A stretch of 64,000 bases of DNA. Origin: Alphaproteobacteria bacterium. GTDB taxonomy: Bacteria > Pseudomonadota > Alphaproteobacteria > RF32 > CAG-239. The stretch covers positions 31,279 to 95,278 of the forward strand of contig JAZSBR010000036.1 of the NCBI GenBank assembly GCA_045602545.1, given 5' to 3'. The position numbers and the translations under genes were made by a program. Positions 39,356 through 50,390 of this stretch are shown here, in pieces (the first letter of the stretch is position 1; every line of letters begins with the position of its first letter). The notes under the pieces are model-generated. The model was not told the origin of the DNA. It searched no databases and saw nothing but the letters and a program-made list of their open reading frames with translations.

Positions 39356-40288
39356 TTGCGATGTGTTTATTCGTTCAATGCCGATGAAAAATTGCTTGCC
39401 GTTATAAAACAATGGCAGTCTTGGCTTTTGAATGAACGTCGTTTTTCCGCGCACACGCTTGACGGATATTCTCGCGATTTATCGTGTTTTTTGCAGAATA
39501 TTTTCAAAACGCCGGCAACCATCAATGACTTGCAAAATTTGGAAGTTCGCGATTTTCGGCGCTTTATTTTTTCGCGTTCGGCTGAAAATATTGAAAAATC
39601 ATCATTGGCGCGCGAGCTTTCTTCAATAAAGAATTTTTATAAATGGCTGAGCAGGGAAAACATCGTGAAAAACTCGGCGATTTCGGTTATATCAACTCCG
39701 CGTCGTCCCAAAACTCTACCAAAAGCCCTTGATGTTGACGATTCGTTTGACGTTATAACCGAGGCAAAAAATATGGCGATTAACGAGTGGCAGGGCTTGC
39801 GTGATCGGGCGATATTAACGCTGTTATACGGTTGCGGGTTGCGTATTTCCGAGGCCTTGGGCTTGAATATCGGCGATATCAATGAAAAAAGTGAAACACT
39901 TCGCATAAAAGGTAAAGGCAATAAGGAGCGCATTGTTCCACTGTTACCGATTATCTGGAAAAATATTGATTTATATTTGCAAAAATGCCCTTATAAATTA
40001 AGTGTGGGTGAACCATTGTTTTTGGGCGCGCGCGGAGAGAGAATAACCGCCAGAGTTGTCCAAAGGCAAGTTAAAAAACTGCGCCTTTATTTGGGTTTGC
40101 CGGACACTTTTACACCGCACGCTTTGCGCCATTCGTTTGCCACTCAATTGCTGGAGCAAGGAACGGATTTACGCTCACTGCAAGAACTTTTGGGGCATTC
40201 ATCATTGATGACCACGCAACGTTATACGGAAGTCAAAATTGAAACTTTGCAGAAAGAATACCACAAAGCCCACCCGCTTGAAAAATAA
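39356..40288 (+). CDS. xerC: tyrosine site-specific recombinase XerC/XerD type
   Basis: TTG start. …RRFSAHTLDGYSRDLSCFL…, catalytic …GLRISEAL…, …HALRHSFATQLLEQGTDLRSLQELLGHSSLMTTQRYTEV. Confidence 0.8.
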   Translation: MRCVYSFNADEKLLAVIKQWQSWLLNERRFSAHTLDGYSRDLSCFLQNIFKTPATINDLQNLEVRDFRRFIFSRSAENIEKSSLARELSSIKNFYKWLSRENIVKNSAISVISTPRRPKTLPKALDVDDSFDVITEAKNMAINEWQGLRDRAILTLLYGCGLRISEALGLNIGDINEKSETLRIKGKGNKERIVPLLPIIWKNIDLYLQKCPYKLSVGEPLFLGARGERITARVVQRQVKKLRLYLGLPDTFTPHALRHSFATQLLEQGTDLRSLQELLGHSSLMTTQRYTEVKIETLQKEYHKAHPLEK

Positions 40289-40294
40289 GCCTTA

Positions 40295-40454
40295 TTTTTT
40301 TTCTGTCATTCCGAGGAGCGTTTTTTTTCTGTCATTCCGAGGAGCGAAGCGACGTGGGAATCTCCATGCATCAAGTGACTCATAAAAAATAGGCATCATT
40401 ATCACATACGGGACTCGCTCAAAGAGATTCCCACGCCTTCGGCTCGGAATGACG
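40295..40454. repeat. intergenic nested-palindrome (MITE-like) element with a perfect 26-bp tandem duplication at its left end
   Basis: ttttttttctgtcattccgaggagcg occurs at 40295-40320 and again at 40321-40346. Left arm gtcattccgaggagcgaagcgacgtgggaatctc (40331-40364) is inverted at 40424-40453 (gagattcccacgccttcggctcggaatgac). Confidence 0.75.
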
Positions 40455-40500
40455 TACCTTTTCCACATAAATAATTATCCACAAGTTTTGGTAAAAAAGG

Positions 40501-40529
40501 TTGAAAAATAGTGCATAGCGTAGTTATAT
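40501..40529 (+). promoter_or_regulatory. putative sigma70 promoter of the adhesin gene
   Basis: TTGAAA-17 nt-TTATAT, about 130 nt upstream of the ATG. The 5' UTR carries palindromes ATATGCTCAGCATAT (40564-78) and TATTTGCAAATA (40603-14). Confidence 0.4.
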
Positions 40530-40656
40530 GAAAGGCGTGAATTTAGCTTTATCTTTTTCTGCCATATGCTCAGCATATAGTCGAGAAGGGATAAGGCGAA
40601 TGTATTTGCAAATATATTTAAACTTTAAAATTTAACCAAAAATAGGAGAAAAGAAT

Positions 40657-43600
40657 ATGAAATATTCTAGAACTGCCCTTGGTTTATTGAATGCACAATA
40701 TCGCAGTGTGTTGCGTAAGTGCTTTTTGATAAACATGGGGCTTTTTGCGTTAGGCGCAATTGCCACTCCGGCGAAGGCTGAATATACTACAGTTGATTTA
40801 TCAACAGTATATCCAAGCGGAACAGCAACTGAAACTTTGAAGTACAAGGATGCTACAAATCAAAGCACTAAATATGTTTGGGACGCTGAAAACATAGTTA
40901 TTAGCCCAACGGCAGGTGATAGCAGAGGTATTGACTTAGGTAACATAAGTTATAATGGAAGTGAACCTTACATTATGGATATAGGTGGTGAGAATACTGA
41001 AAGTATTACTATTACTCCGACAAACGGATATGCCATAACTGTATTCAAAGAGAGTGAACTAAACTTGGAAGCTGATGAAATAACGGTTAATGGTATAGTC
41101 CATGCTTCCGATAATACAATGGCTGATTTGGCTAAACATGCGACGGTTAATATTAAAGGTGGTGAGGTTGTTTTAAATGCTGACACTACCTATAAAACTG
41201 CTGTTGAAGCTATGAGTCAAGGTATTGTTAATATTGAAGGCGATACGACAATTACTGGTGACAAGGCAATTTTATCCCGTGGTAACGCTCAAATTAACGT
41301 TAATACAAATAATAACGACAATAAAACTGTTATCAATGGTGATATTGTTTTTGATTATGATCAAGATACTTCGGGTTCTCCAATTGATGCATATGTCAAC
41401 GTCAATTTGAATGGAGAAGATTCGTCTTGGACCGGTAATACATACGTTGATTGGAATACCAAGCCTGAAGAAAGTAAGTTGAATGTTACAAAGTCAACTA
41501 TTACTTTGAGTGATGGTGCCACTTGGAATGCTACAAAAATTGAAAACAATGATGTAGCCACTGATGGTAGCCGTTACACTTCAATCAATAACCTCAACGT
41601 TGATGGTGGTAATGTTAAGTTTAATGAAGCCGGTGCGCAGGTTCAAATTGATAACTTAAAAGTTGGCGCTGATGGTGTAAATGTTACTAAAAATGCTGAT
41701 TCAGATAGAATAGAAGTAAAAACAACAGCTGATTTACGTAATGGTGTATCTGATAGTTATGCCGATATTATCAATGTAAATGATGGTGCTAGTCTTTATG
41801 TTGATGCTGATGCAAGTGGTAATCTTGATGCTGTTGGTGGTAATAAGGAATACATCAAACTTGAAGGTGTTACTTTATTGTCTGCTATGAATTCCGGATC
41901 AACCATTAACACTGCAGGATATGACTTATCATCAGGTAATGCTGCAAAATCATTGGGAGTATATTATGCTGATACTTCAACCGATGGTTCCGGTAACATT
42001 GTTTTAGGTACTAAGCAATCATATACTGACCTTATCGGTATTGAGCAGAATGGTAACTACATCAAAGCTTATAATGCTGCTGATGCTGAAAACACATCTG
42101 TTTCAGCTAACCTGAGCGCATTAGATAATCAAGTTTTTGAAAATGAAACAAACATTGCTCAAAACACAGCTGATATTGCAACAAACACAGATGCGATTGC
42201 ACAAAATACTGCTGCTATTGCCGGTAAGCAAGATACTTTGTCTGAAGCACAGTTGGCAGCAGCTAACTCTGGTATTGATTCAACTAAAGTATCAACCTAC
42301 GATGGTTATGCTGCTCAAATCAGTGCAAAAGCTGATGTGGCAACAACTTATACAAAAGATGAAGTTAATGCTTATGTTGCTGACAATGCCGTTCAAACTG
42401 TTACAACAGGTACAGCCAATGGCACTATTTCTGTTGATGGCTCAAATGTTGCGGTTAAAGGCTTAGGCTCTGCTGCTTATACAGAATCTTCTGCTTATGC
42501 AACAGCGGCTCAAGGCACATTGGCAGAAACTGCAGTTCAGAGCGTTGTTAAAGGTGATAACAACGGTGAAATTAAAGTTGATGGCACAACAATTAAAGTT
42601 TATGATGATGCTGCTCTTCAAGCTGCAGTTGAAGCTGCGCAAACAACAGCTACTAATGCACAATCTACAGCAACTGCTGCTCAGACTGCTGCAAGCACGG
42701 CTAATAGTAAAGCCACTACTGCACAATCTACAGCAACAGCTGCTCAAACTGCTGCCGCTGCCGCTCAAACAGCTGCTAATACTGCCCAATCAACAGCTGA
42801 AGCTGCTCAAACTGCTGCAAGCACAGCTGATGGTAAGGCGGTTGCAGCTCAATCTGCTGCTACTGCCGCTCAAACGACAGCAAATACGGCTGTGACAAAT
42901 GCAGCCTCAGCTCAATCTGCTGCTGAAGCTGCGCAAACAGCTGCTGATACTGCTAATTCAACAGCAAATGCAAATAAGACAGCTATTACAACCTTGAATG
43001 GCAGTGCAAGTCAAACAGGTTCTGTAGCAAATTCTATTGCAACAGCTTTGACATCATACAGCACAACAGATCAAATGAACAGTGCAATCAGTACAGCTAT
43101 TTCAAACGCTGCTTCAAACTATGATGCAGCAGGTTCTGCTGCTACAGCTGAGCAAAATGCAAAAGATTATGCTGATGGTGCTATAGCTGATGAAGTTACT
43201 GCTCGTAACACAGCTATTGGTGCAGCTAAAACTGAAATTTTAGCCGGTACAGGTTATGCCGGTTCTGGTTTGGAAACTGCAGTTGCTGGTACAGCTAATG
43301 CTCAAATTACTGCTTCTTTGAATGGCACAGATGCCGGCACAATCGGAAAAGCTATTTCTGATGCACAAGCTGCTGCTGAAGCTACCGCTGCTACTGCACA
43401 AGATACGGCTGATGCTGCATTATTGAATGCAGGTGGTGCTGCTTCTGCTGCTGCCGCTGCTCAAACAACAGCCAACCAAGCTAAAACAGCTGCTGAAAAT
43501 GCTCAGACTTCAGCTGATGCAGCTAAGGCATCTGCTGATGCTGCACAAGTTACTGCCGATACAGCAATAGCAAATGCAGGTGGTGCTGCTTCTGCTGCTG

Positions 43601-46600
43601 CCGCTGCTCAAACAACAGCCAACCAAGCTAAAACAGCTGCTGAAAATGCTCAAAGCACAGCTGATACTGCTGTCGCAAATGCCGCAACTGCACAAGACAC
43701 AGCTAATGCTGCATTATTGAATGCAAGTGGTGCTGCTTCTGCTGCTGCCGCTGCTCAAACAACAGCCAACCAAGCTAAAACAGCTGCTGAGGTTGCTGAT
43801 GGTAAAGCCGTTGCAGCTAAAGCATCTGCTGATGCAGCCCAAGTTACAGCTGATACAGCAATAGCAAATGCAAGTGGTGCTGCTTCTGCTGCTGCCGCTG
43901 CTCAAACAACAGCTAATCAGGCAAAAGACAGAGCAGATCATGCTTATGCATTGGCTGAAAAAGCAGAAGGTGATGCCGCACAGGCTCAAACAGCTGCTAA
44001 TCACGCACAAGACACTGCTAATGAAGCAAAAGAGGCTGTCGGTGATGTTTCTAAATTTGCTCAAAGCACAACAGGCAATATCTCTAACTCTGTTCCTGGT
44101 TCAGGTACAAATGCAACCAACGCTTCTGCTGCTATCGCCAATATAGACGCTACAATCGGTCAAATCCATGGCTTGGCTTCTACTATTACCGATGCTGCAG
44201 GTGCTAAAAACTTAGAGCAAGGCTCAACAGTAAGCGGTCACTTGCTTGCTTTAGCAGCTTCTATCGGTAACAGAACTGATTATACCGGTGCAAATTATCT
44301 TGTAAATAACCAAGATATTGCTACATCACTTACTGTTTTGGATACCGCTATCGGCAATGCTGAAGATAAGAATGATATTCAAGATAATTCTTTGTCAGAC
44401 ATCTATGGCAAGTTGAACGGTGGTAATTATAATAAGACTACCGGTGCTGTTACAGATGCAACTGCTTTATCAACAAACTTCACAGCTACTAATGTTACAG
44501 CTGCTGCAAATGAGTTGTTGACAGATATCACAGTAACCGCTGATGGTAACTACATTACAGCCGGTGCTGATGTTAAAGGCAATTTGAGTGCTTTGGACGG
44601 TCAAGTTAAGGACAATGCCGATAATATCGCTTCAACAATGGCTTTGGTCGGTACAACTTCCGCACCGAAGACGGGTCATGGCATCTTAGCTGGCAAGACC
44701 ATTACTGGTACTGCCGGTACAGATAACCTCAATATGGTTGATGCCATTGATTTTGTCGCTGCCAATGCGGCCGGCTTGAATGTGGATAATGTTTACTCCG
44801 GTAAAAATACATTCGGTACAACATCAGGTAGCCAAGTTATCATTGATAACGGCGGCAACTTGACGGTTAACCATGATTTGACAATCGGTAAAGCAAACGC
44901 TATCAGCAGCACAGCAACCGGCAAATTGGATATGGGTGGCAACACATTGCTCAATGTCCAAGGCTTGACCTTGACAGACGGCTCAGGCCACACAGCAACG
45001 TTGGCAGCTACCGAAAACGGTATCAACACCGGAAACGCTGACCTTGACGTTGGTACAGGTGCTTTAAAATCTCAAACTTTGTATGTCGGTACAACGGATC
45101 AATTCTCAGTTGACGGATCAGGTAATGTCAGTACATCAGGTACATTGGATGTGACGGGTAAAGCAACTGTCGGCTCACTTGATATCGGTACAACAGGCAA
45201 GGGCTTTGATGCAACCGGCAACTTGACTGCAGGTACAATCAATGCAACTGGTATCGACACCACAACTGCCAATACAGTTAAACTCGGTGGTACAGGCTTT
45301 ACAACGGCTGTTACCGGCGATATGACGGTCAGCGGTACGACGACTTTGACTGATTTGACCGTGACGGGTGATACCACTTTGGATGACTTGACGGTCAACG
45401 GTAATACGAGTTTGAAAAATACTACCGTGGACGGTACTTTGGAAGTAACCGGTGGTGCTATATTCGGTGATAAGACAGATCAATTTGTTGATATCACGGA
45501 TGGTGCTATTACCGTTCATGATGGTACAGGTTCAACCAATATCACAGCAAGTATTGCCAACAATGGCAATATCACAACCAAAGGTGCTTTAGAGGTGGCA
45601 GGTCTTGCTTCACTCAACGGTGGCATCAATGTCAATGACAAGTTTGAAGTTAGCGGTACAGATGGTACGGTTACATTAACCAACGGTACAAACACTGCTT
45701 CTATTGCTATGACTGACGTTAAGGTTGCGACGGATGATCCGCTCAATCCTGAATCTGTTACTAATGTTATGAAAGTAACGGGAACAGGTTTGTTTACGGG
45801 TGATGTTGTTTCTGAGTCTGGATTTACTATTGCTCAGAAGAATGGTGTCGATCAGTATGAAGTTAAATTCTCTGTTGATGACGATGGCAATATCGATACA
45901 TTAGGTACATTGTCTGTTGCCGATGACAAATTCACGGTTGACGGTTCAGGCAATATGTACGCCGCAGGTGATGCTGATATCGACGGCGACTTGTCAGTTG
46001 GTGATAAGTTCAGCGTAACTTCTGCTGGTGGTTCGTTCAGCGCAGCTGGTGGTGAATTTAAAGTCGATGGTGACGGAAATACCAAAATAAAAGGTGCAAT
46101 GGCCGCCGGTAAAACAGGTACGGAATTTAAAGTCGGCTTAAGCGGTAACATCTCTGCCGCGTCAGGCAACTTTACTGTTGATAAAGACGGTAACGTAACA
46201 GCTCAGGGTGACTTGGGTGTGTATGGTACATCTTGGTTGAAAAACACCAATGTTGATGGTGCTTTGGCTGTGACAGGTGATACAACTGTTGGTCAGAACT
46301 TCGCCGTTGCCGGTAATTCATACTTGCACAACACTTCTGTTGACGGCGCTTTAGCTGTTACAGGTACATCTTGGTTGAAAAACACCAATGTTGATGGTGC
46401 TTTAGCTGTGTCAGGTGATTCTACAGTTGGTCAGAACTTCGCTGTTGCCGGTACTTCTTACTTGCATAACACTGTTGTTAATGGTGATATGGCTGTTAGC
46501 GGAACAACAAAGACAACTGCTTTGACATTTAATGGTGAAAGCTATGTTGCCGCTATGGATCAAGGCGATGCCGCTATTACTAACGGTACTGTTGATGATC

Positions 46601-47679
46601 AGGCTAAACGTACAATGGCTACAAATGCAACTGTTGCCAAGACGGTTGGCAATTTGAATTCATTGACCACAGCCGCTAACGGCGTTACCAGTGCAAACGA
46701 TGTTGCTGATGCAATCAACAGCTTGGGAACAAACGTTGAAACCGCTACCGGCGGAACTTTCGCAGCTAACGGTGTATGGACAGGCAGTATAGACGGTAAA
46801 GTTGACGATGGTACAGGTTCGTTGGTTGATAGAGCCGTTGCTTATGGCACAATCACTGATAATAATATCTTAGATGTTGTTGATAGCTTGTATGCTAATG
46901 TTGGCAATACTGCTGTTACCGGTACAAACGATAATATCTTGAGCACAAATACGGTTAACCAAAACTTAGATCGTATTGACTCTAAGATTGGCGATATCAG
47001 AACTTTGAATGGTAATGCCTTGAATAAAGGTACGACAACTCAGCCGACAACCGTTGTTGCTGCTTTGCAGAACATTAACGACTCTATCGGTAAAGTTCAT
47101 GGCTTGTATGATGGTTCAACTGTTAACAGCACAACTGTTGCTTCAACAGTTAACGGAAACTCTAACTTGATGGCTGTTGCCGGCGGTGTTTCTACTGCTG
47201 AAGACCATTTGGTAAGCTTAGATAACGCTATCGGTGACAGAACATTGGTAAGCAAAAATACGGCTATCAATGATGCAATGAGCGGCGAATCTGTTGCTTC
47301 CGGTTTGAAAGCTGCCGGTGATGCAATTGGTGATATGAACTTCACTGGTTCTCACTATGTTGCAGGCAACAACGACTTGTCCGGTGCTGTAAGAAGCTTG
47401 GATAGCAACCTCTATCGTGTTGAATCTGATTTGCGTGATTTAAGACGCGACTTCAGACGCGGTATGGCTTCTATGTCTGCTATGTCTGCTTTGGTTCCTA
47501 ACCCGAGAGCTCACGGAAATACTTCGCTTGCTATCGGTACAGGTGCTTATGACGGTCATACAGCTGCTGCTATCGGTGGTTTCCACTATCTCACAGACAA
47601 CATTATGCTTAATGCCGGTGTGGCTTGGGGTAACTCCAGCGACGCTGCATATCGCATGGGTGTAACGTTCTCTTGGTAA
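40657..47679 (+). CDS. trimeric autotransporter adhesin (YadA-type C-terminal anchor), 2340 aa
   Basis: Long signal region MKYSRTALGLLNAQYRSVLRKCFLINMGLFALGAIATPAKA, Ala/Thr/Gln-rich coiled-coil stalk repeats, and C-terminal …MASMSAMSALVPNPRAHGNTSLAIGTGAYDGHTAAAIGGFHYLTDNIMLNAGVAWGNSSDAAYRMGVTFSW (YadA anchor pattern ending in an aromatic residue). Confidence 0.9.
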   Translation: MKYSRTALGLLNAQYRSVLRKCFLINMGLFALGAIATPAKAEYTTVDLSTVYPSGTATETLKYKDATNQSTKYVWDAENIVISPTAGDSRGIDLGNISYNGSEPYIMDIGGENTESITITPTNGYAITVFKESELNLEADEITVNGIVHASDNTMADLAKHATVNIKGGEVVLNADTTYKTAVEAMSQGIVNIEGDTTITGDKAILSRGNAQINVNTNNNDNKTVINGDIVFDYDQDTSGSPIDAYVNVNLNGEDSSWTGNTYVDWNTKPEESKLNVTKSTITLSDGATWNATKIENNDVATDGSRYTSINNLNVDGGNVKFNEAGAQVQIDNLKVGADGVNVTKNADSDRIEVKTTADLRNGVSDSYADIINVNDGASLYVDADASGNLDAVGGNKEYIKLEGVTLLSAMNSGSTINTAGYDLSSGNAAKSLGVYYADTSTDGSGNIVLGTKQSYTDLIGIEQNGNYIKAYNAADAENTSVSANLSALDNQVFENETNIAQNTADIATNTDAIAQNTAAIAGKQDTLSEAQLAAANSGIDSTKVSTYDGYAAQISAKADVATTYTKDEVNAYVADNAVQTVTTGTANGTISVDGSNVAVKGLGSAAYTESSAYATAAQGTLAETAVQSVVKGDNNGEIKVDGTTIKVYDDAALQAAVEAAQTTATNAQSTATAAQTAASTANSKATTAQSTATAAQTAAAAAQTAANTAQSTAEAAQTAASTADGKAVAAQSAATAAQTTANTAVTNAASAQSAAEAAQTAADTANSTANANKTAITTLNGSASQTGSVANSIATALTSYSTTDQMNSAISTAISNAASNYDAAGSAATAEQNAKDYADGAIADEVTARNTAIGAAKTEILAGTGYAGSGLETAVAGTANAQITASLNGTDAGTIGKAISDAQAAAEATAATAQDTADAALLNAGGAASAAAAAQTTANQAKTAAENAQTSADAAKASADAAQVTADTAIANAGGAASAAAAAQTTANQAKTAAENAQSTADTAVANAATAQDTANAALLNASGAASAAAAAQTTANQAKTAAEVADGKAVAAKASADAAQVTADTAIANASGAASAAAAAQTTANQAKDRADHAYALAEKAEGDAAQAQTAANHAQDTANEAKEAVGDVSKFAQSTTGNISNSVPGSGTNATNASAAIANIDATIGQIHGLASTITDAAGAKNLEQGSTVSGHLLALAASIGNRTDYTGANYLVNNQDIATSLTVLDTAIGNAEDKNDIQDNSLSDIYGKLNGGNYNKTTGAVTDATALSTNFTATNVTAAANELLTDITVTADGNYITAGADVKGNLSALDGQVKDNADNIASTMALVGTTSAPKTGHGILAGKTITGTAGTDNLNMVDAIDFVAANAAGLNVDNVYSGKNTFGTTSGSQVIIDNGGNLTVNHDLTIGKANAISSTATGKLDMGGNTLLNVQGLTLTDGSGHTATLAATENGINTGNADLDVGTGALKSQTLYVGTTDQFSVDGSGNVSTSGTLDVTGKATVGSLDIGTTGKGFDATGNLTAGTINATGIDTTTANTVKLGGTGFTTAVTGDMTVSGTTTLTDLTVTGDTTLDDLTVNGNTSLKNTTVDGTLEVTGGAIFGDKTDQFVDITDGAITVHDGTGSTNITASIANNGNITTKGALEVAGLASLNGGINVNDKFEVSGTDGTVTLTNGTNTASIAMTDVKVATDDPLNPESVTNVMKVTGTGLFTGDVVSESGFTIAQKNGVDQYEVKFSVDDDGNIDTLGTLSVADDKFTVDGSGNMYAAGDADIDGDLSVGDKFSVTSAGGSFSAAGGEFKVDGDGNTKIKGAMAAGKTGTEFKVGLSGNISAASGNFTVDKDGNVTAQGDLGVYGTSWLKNTNVDGALAVTGDTTVGQNFAVAGNSYLHNTSVDGALAVTGTSWLKNTNVDGALAVSGDSTVGQNFAVAGTSYLHNTVVNGDMAVSGTTKTTALTFNGESYVAAMDQGDAAITNGTVDDQAKRTMATNATVAKTVGNLNSLTTAANGVTSANDVADAINSLGTNVETATGGTFAANGVWTGSIDGKVDDGTGSLVDRAVAYGTITDNNILDVVDSLYANVGNTAVTGTNDNILSTNTVNQNLDRIDSKIGDIRTLNGNALNKGTTTQPTTVVAALQNINDSIGKVHGLYDGSTVNSTTVASTVNGNSNLMAVAGGVSTAEDHLVSLDNAIGDRTLVSKNTAINDAMSGESVASGLKAAGDAIGDMNFTGSHYVAGNNDLSGAVRSLDSNLYRVESDLRDLRRDFRRGMASMSAMSALVPNPRAHGNTSLAIGTGAYDGHTAAAIGGFHYLTDNIMLNAGVAWGNSSDAAYRMGVTFSW
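43429..43930. repeat. four tandem 147-bp (49-codon) repeats inside the adhesin stalk
   Basis: gca(g/a)gtggtgctgcttctgctgctgccgctgctcaaacaacagc… begins at 43429, 43576, 43723 and 43870 (exact 147-bp period). Encodes …GGAASAAAAAQTTANQAKTAAENAQ…. Confidence 0.85.
46225..46500. repeat. two tandem 138-bp (46-codon) repeats in the adhesin
   Basis: ggtacatcttggttgaaaaacaccaatgttgatggtgcttt… at 46225 and 46363. Encodes GTSWLKNTNVDGALAV.GD.TVGQNFAVAG.SYLHNT. Confidence 0.8.
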
Positions 47680-47703
47680 TGGACTACTAACATAAAAACA
47701 AAC

Positions 47704-47737
47704 GGGGAAGGGGTTTTTGATCTCTTCCCCTTATTTG
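47704..47737 (+). terminator. terminator after the adhesin gene
   Basis: GGGGAAG-13 nt-CUUCCCC followed by UUAUUUG. Confidence 0.6.
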
Positions 47738-47749
47738 AAAAGGAATAAC

Positions 47750-48274
47750 ATGAAAAAAAATATATATATCTTGTGCGCGGTTTTGGCGGTGGCTTATATT
47801 TATATGGGATATGAGCAAATACAAATTCATATGCTGAATAATCAAATAAAAGCGCAAAATGCTCAAATTGAAGCAAGTAAAATGGTTTATTTTTATAATC
47901 TTGAAGAAGTGTTGCGCGAAACTAATGCAATATCGGCAAAAACAGATTTTGAAAGCGAAATCCTGAAGCTTAATGATGAAGTCTTTGCCGCTGAAAAGAA
48001 AATAAAGTCTATTAAAGACGCTAAAGTGAAGGCTGATTTTTCCGATGTTTATTTGAATAATCTGAAATTTAAGCGCGATGAACTGATTAAAAAATATGAA
48101 GAAAGCATAAAAAATATTACGGATGGAATAAATAAAGCTCTGGCTGATGTGGCGGCAGAAAAGGGTGTCGCAACAATTTTTGTGCAAAGCGCAATCGCCG
48201 TAAATACCGCTTATACCGAAGATGTTACCGATGAAATTATTAAAAGATTGAAAAAAATGTCTTCTCCTTCTTGA
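47750..48274 (+). CDS. Skp/OmpH-like periplasmic chaperone
   Basis: Signal/anchor MKKNIYILCAVLAVAYIY, long coiled-coil, C-terminal …AAEKGVATIFVQSAIAVNTAYTEDVTDEIIKRLK resembling the OmpH family end. The ORF-track start 47717 lies inside the upstream terminator. Confidence 0.6.
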   Translation: MKKNIYILCAVLAVAYIYMGYEQIQIHMLNNQIKAQNAQIEASKMVYFYNLEEVLRETNAISAKTDFESEILKLNDEVFAAEKKIKSIKDAKVKADFSDVYLNNLKFKRDELIKKYEESIKNITDGINKALADVAAEKGVATIFVQSAIAVNTAYTEDVTDEIIKRLKKMSSPS

Positions 48275-48298
48275 CAAAGCAAAATTTGCTCCCTAACT
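48270..48298 (+). promoter_or_regulatory. possible RpoH (sigma32)-type heat-shock promoter for groESL
   Basis: CTTGAC-15 nt-CCCTAACT loosely fits CTTGAA-N-CCCCATNT. No CIRCE inverted repeat seen. Confidence 0.3.
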
Positions 48299-48336
48299 AA
48301 AATATCAGTTAAAAAACTTTTTTAGGAGTTATAAAA

Positions 48337-48627
48337 ATGAATATTAAACCTTTGCACGATAAAGTTTTGGTTAAACGTGTGGACGAAGAAACAAAAACCG
48401 CCGGCGGAATCATTATTCCGGATACGGCTAAAGAAAAGCCGTCGGAAGGCGTGGTTGAGGCTGTCGGTAACGGATTTAGAGCCGAAGACGGCAAAATCCT
48501 GCCGATGAGCGTTAAAGCCGGTGATAAGGTTTTGTTCGGCAAGTGGGCAGGGACCGAAATTAAAGTGAACGGCAAAGCTCGCTTGATTATTAAAGAATCA
48601 GATATTTTAGCTATTGTTGAAGATTAA
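48337..48627 (+). CDS. groES: co-chaperonin GroES
   Basis: [44 protein letters not shown]…. Confidence 0.97.
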   Translation: MNIKPLHDKVLVKRVDEETKTAGGIIIPDTAKEKPSEGVVEAVGNGFRAEDGKILPMSVKAGDKVLFGKWAGTEIKVNGKARLIIKESDILAIVED

Positions 48628-48636
48628 GAAAGGTAA

Positions 48637-50283
<1,647 letters not shown>

Positions 50284-50339
50284 TCGCAAGATTTAAAACT
50301 CATCTTAATTATTATTTTTAACATCCTTTCATTGTTAAG

Positions 50340-50379
50340 CTCTGCCGAAAGCTTATAAACTCTCGGCAGAGTTTTTTTT
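50340..50379 (+). terminator. terminator after groEL
   Basis: CUCUGCCGA-loop-UCGGCAGAG followed by UUUUUUUU. Confidence 0.8.
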
Positions 50380-50390
50380 AATTGTTAGGA

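Noticed and set aside
40295-40346. Possible CRISPR-like direct repeat.
   Set aside because: There are only two copies, directly adjacent with no spacer, and they are part of a palindromic element. It is not a CRISPR array.
42137-46169. Many alternative-frame and antisense ORFs inside the adhesin gene (Leu/Gln-rich or Cys/Ser-rich translations).
   Set aside because: They are artefacts of GCU/GCA/ACA-rich repetitive coding sequence. The long frame with the YadA anchor explains the region.
47717-47749. ORF-track start for the Skp-like gene.
   Set aside because: It lies inside the adhesin terminator hairpin. The ATG at 47750 gives a normal MKKN… signal or anchor sequence.
48275-48336. CIRCE (HrcA operator) upstream of groES.
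   Set aside because: No TTAGCACTC-N9-GAGTGCTAA-like inverted repeat is present. Only a weak sigma32-like promoter match, reported at low confidence.
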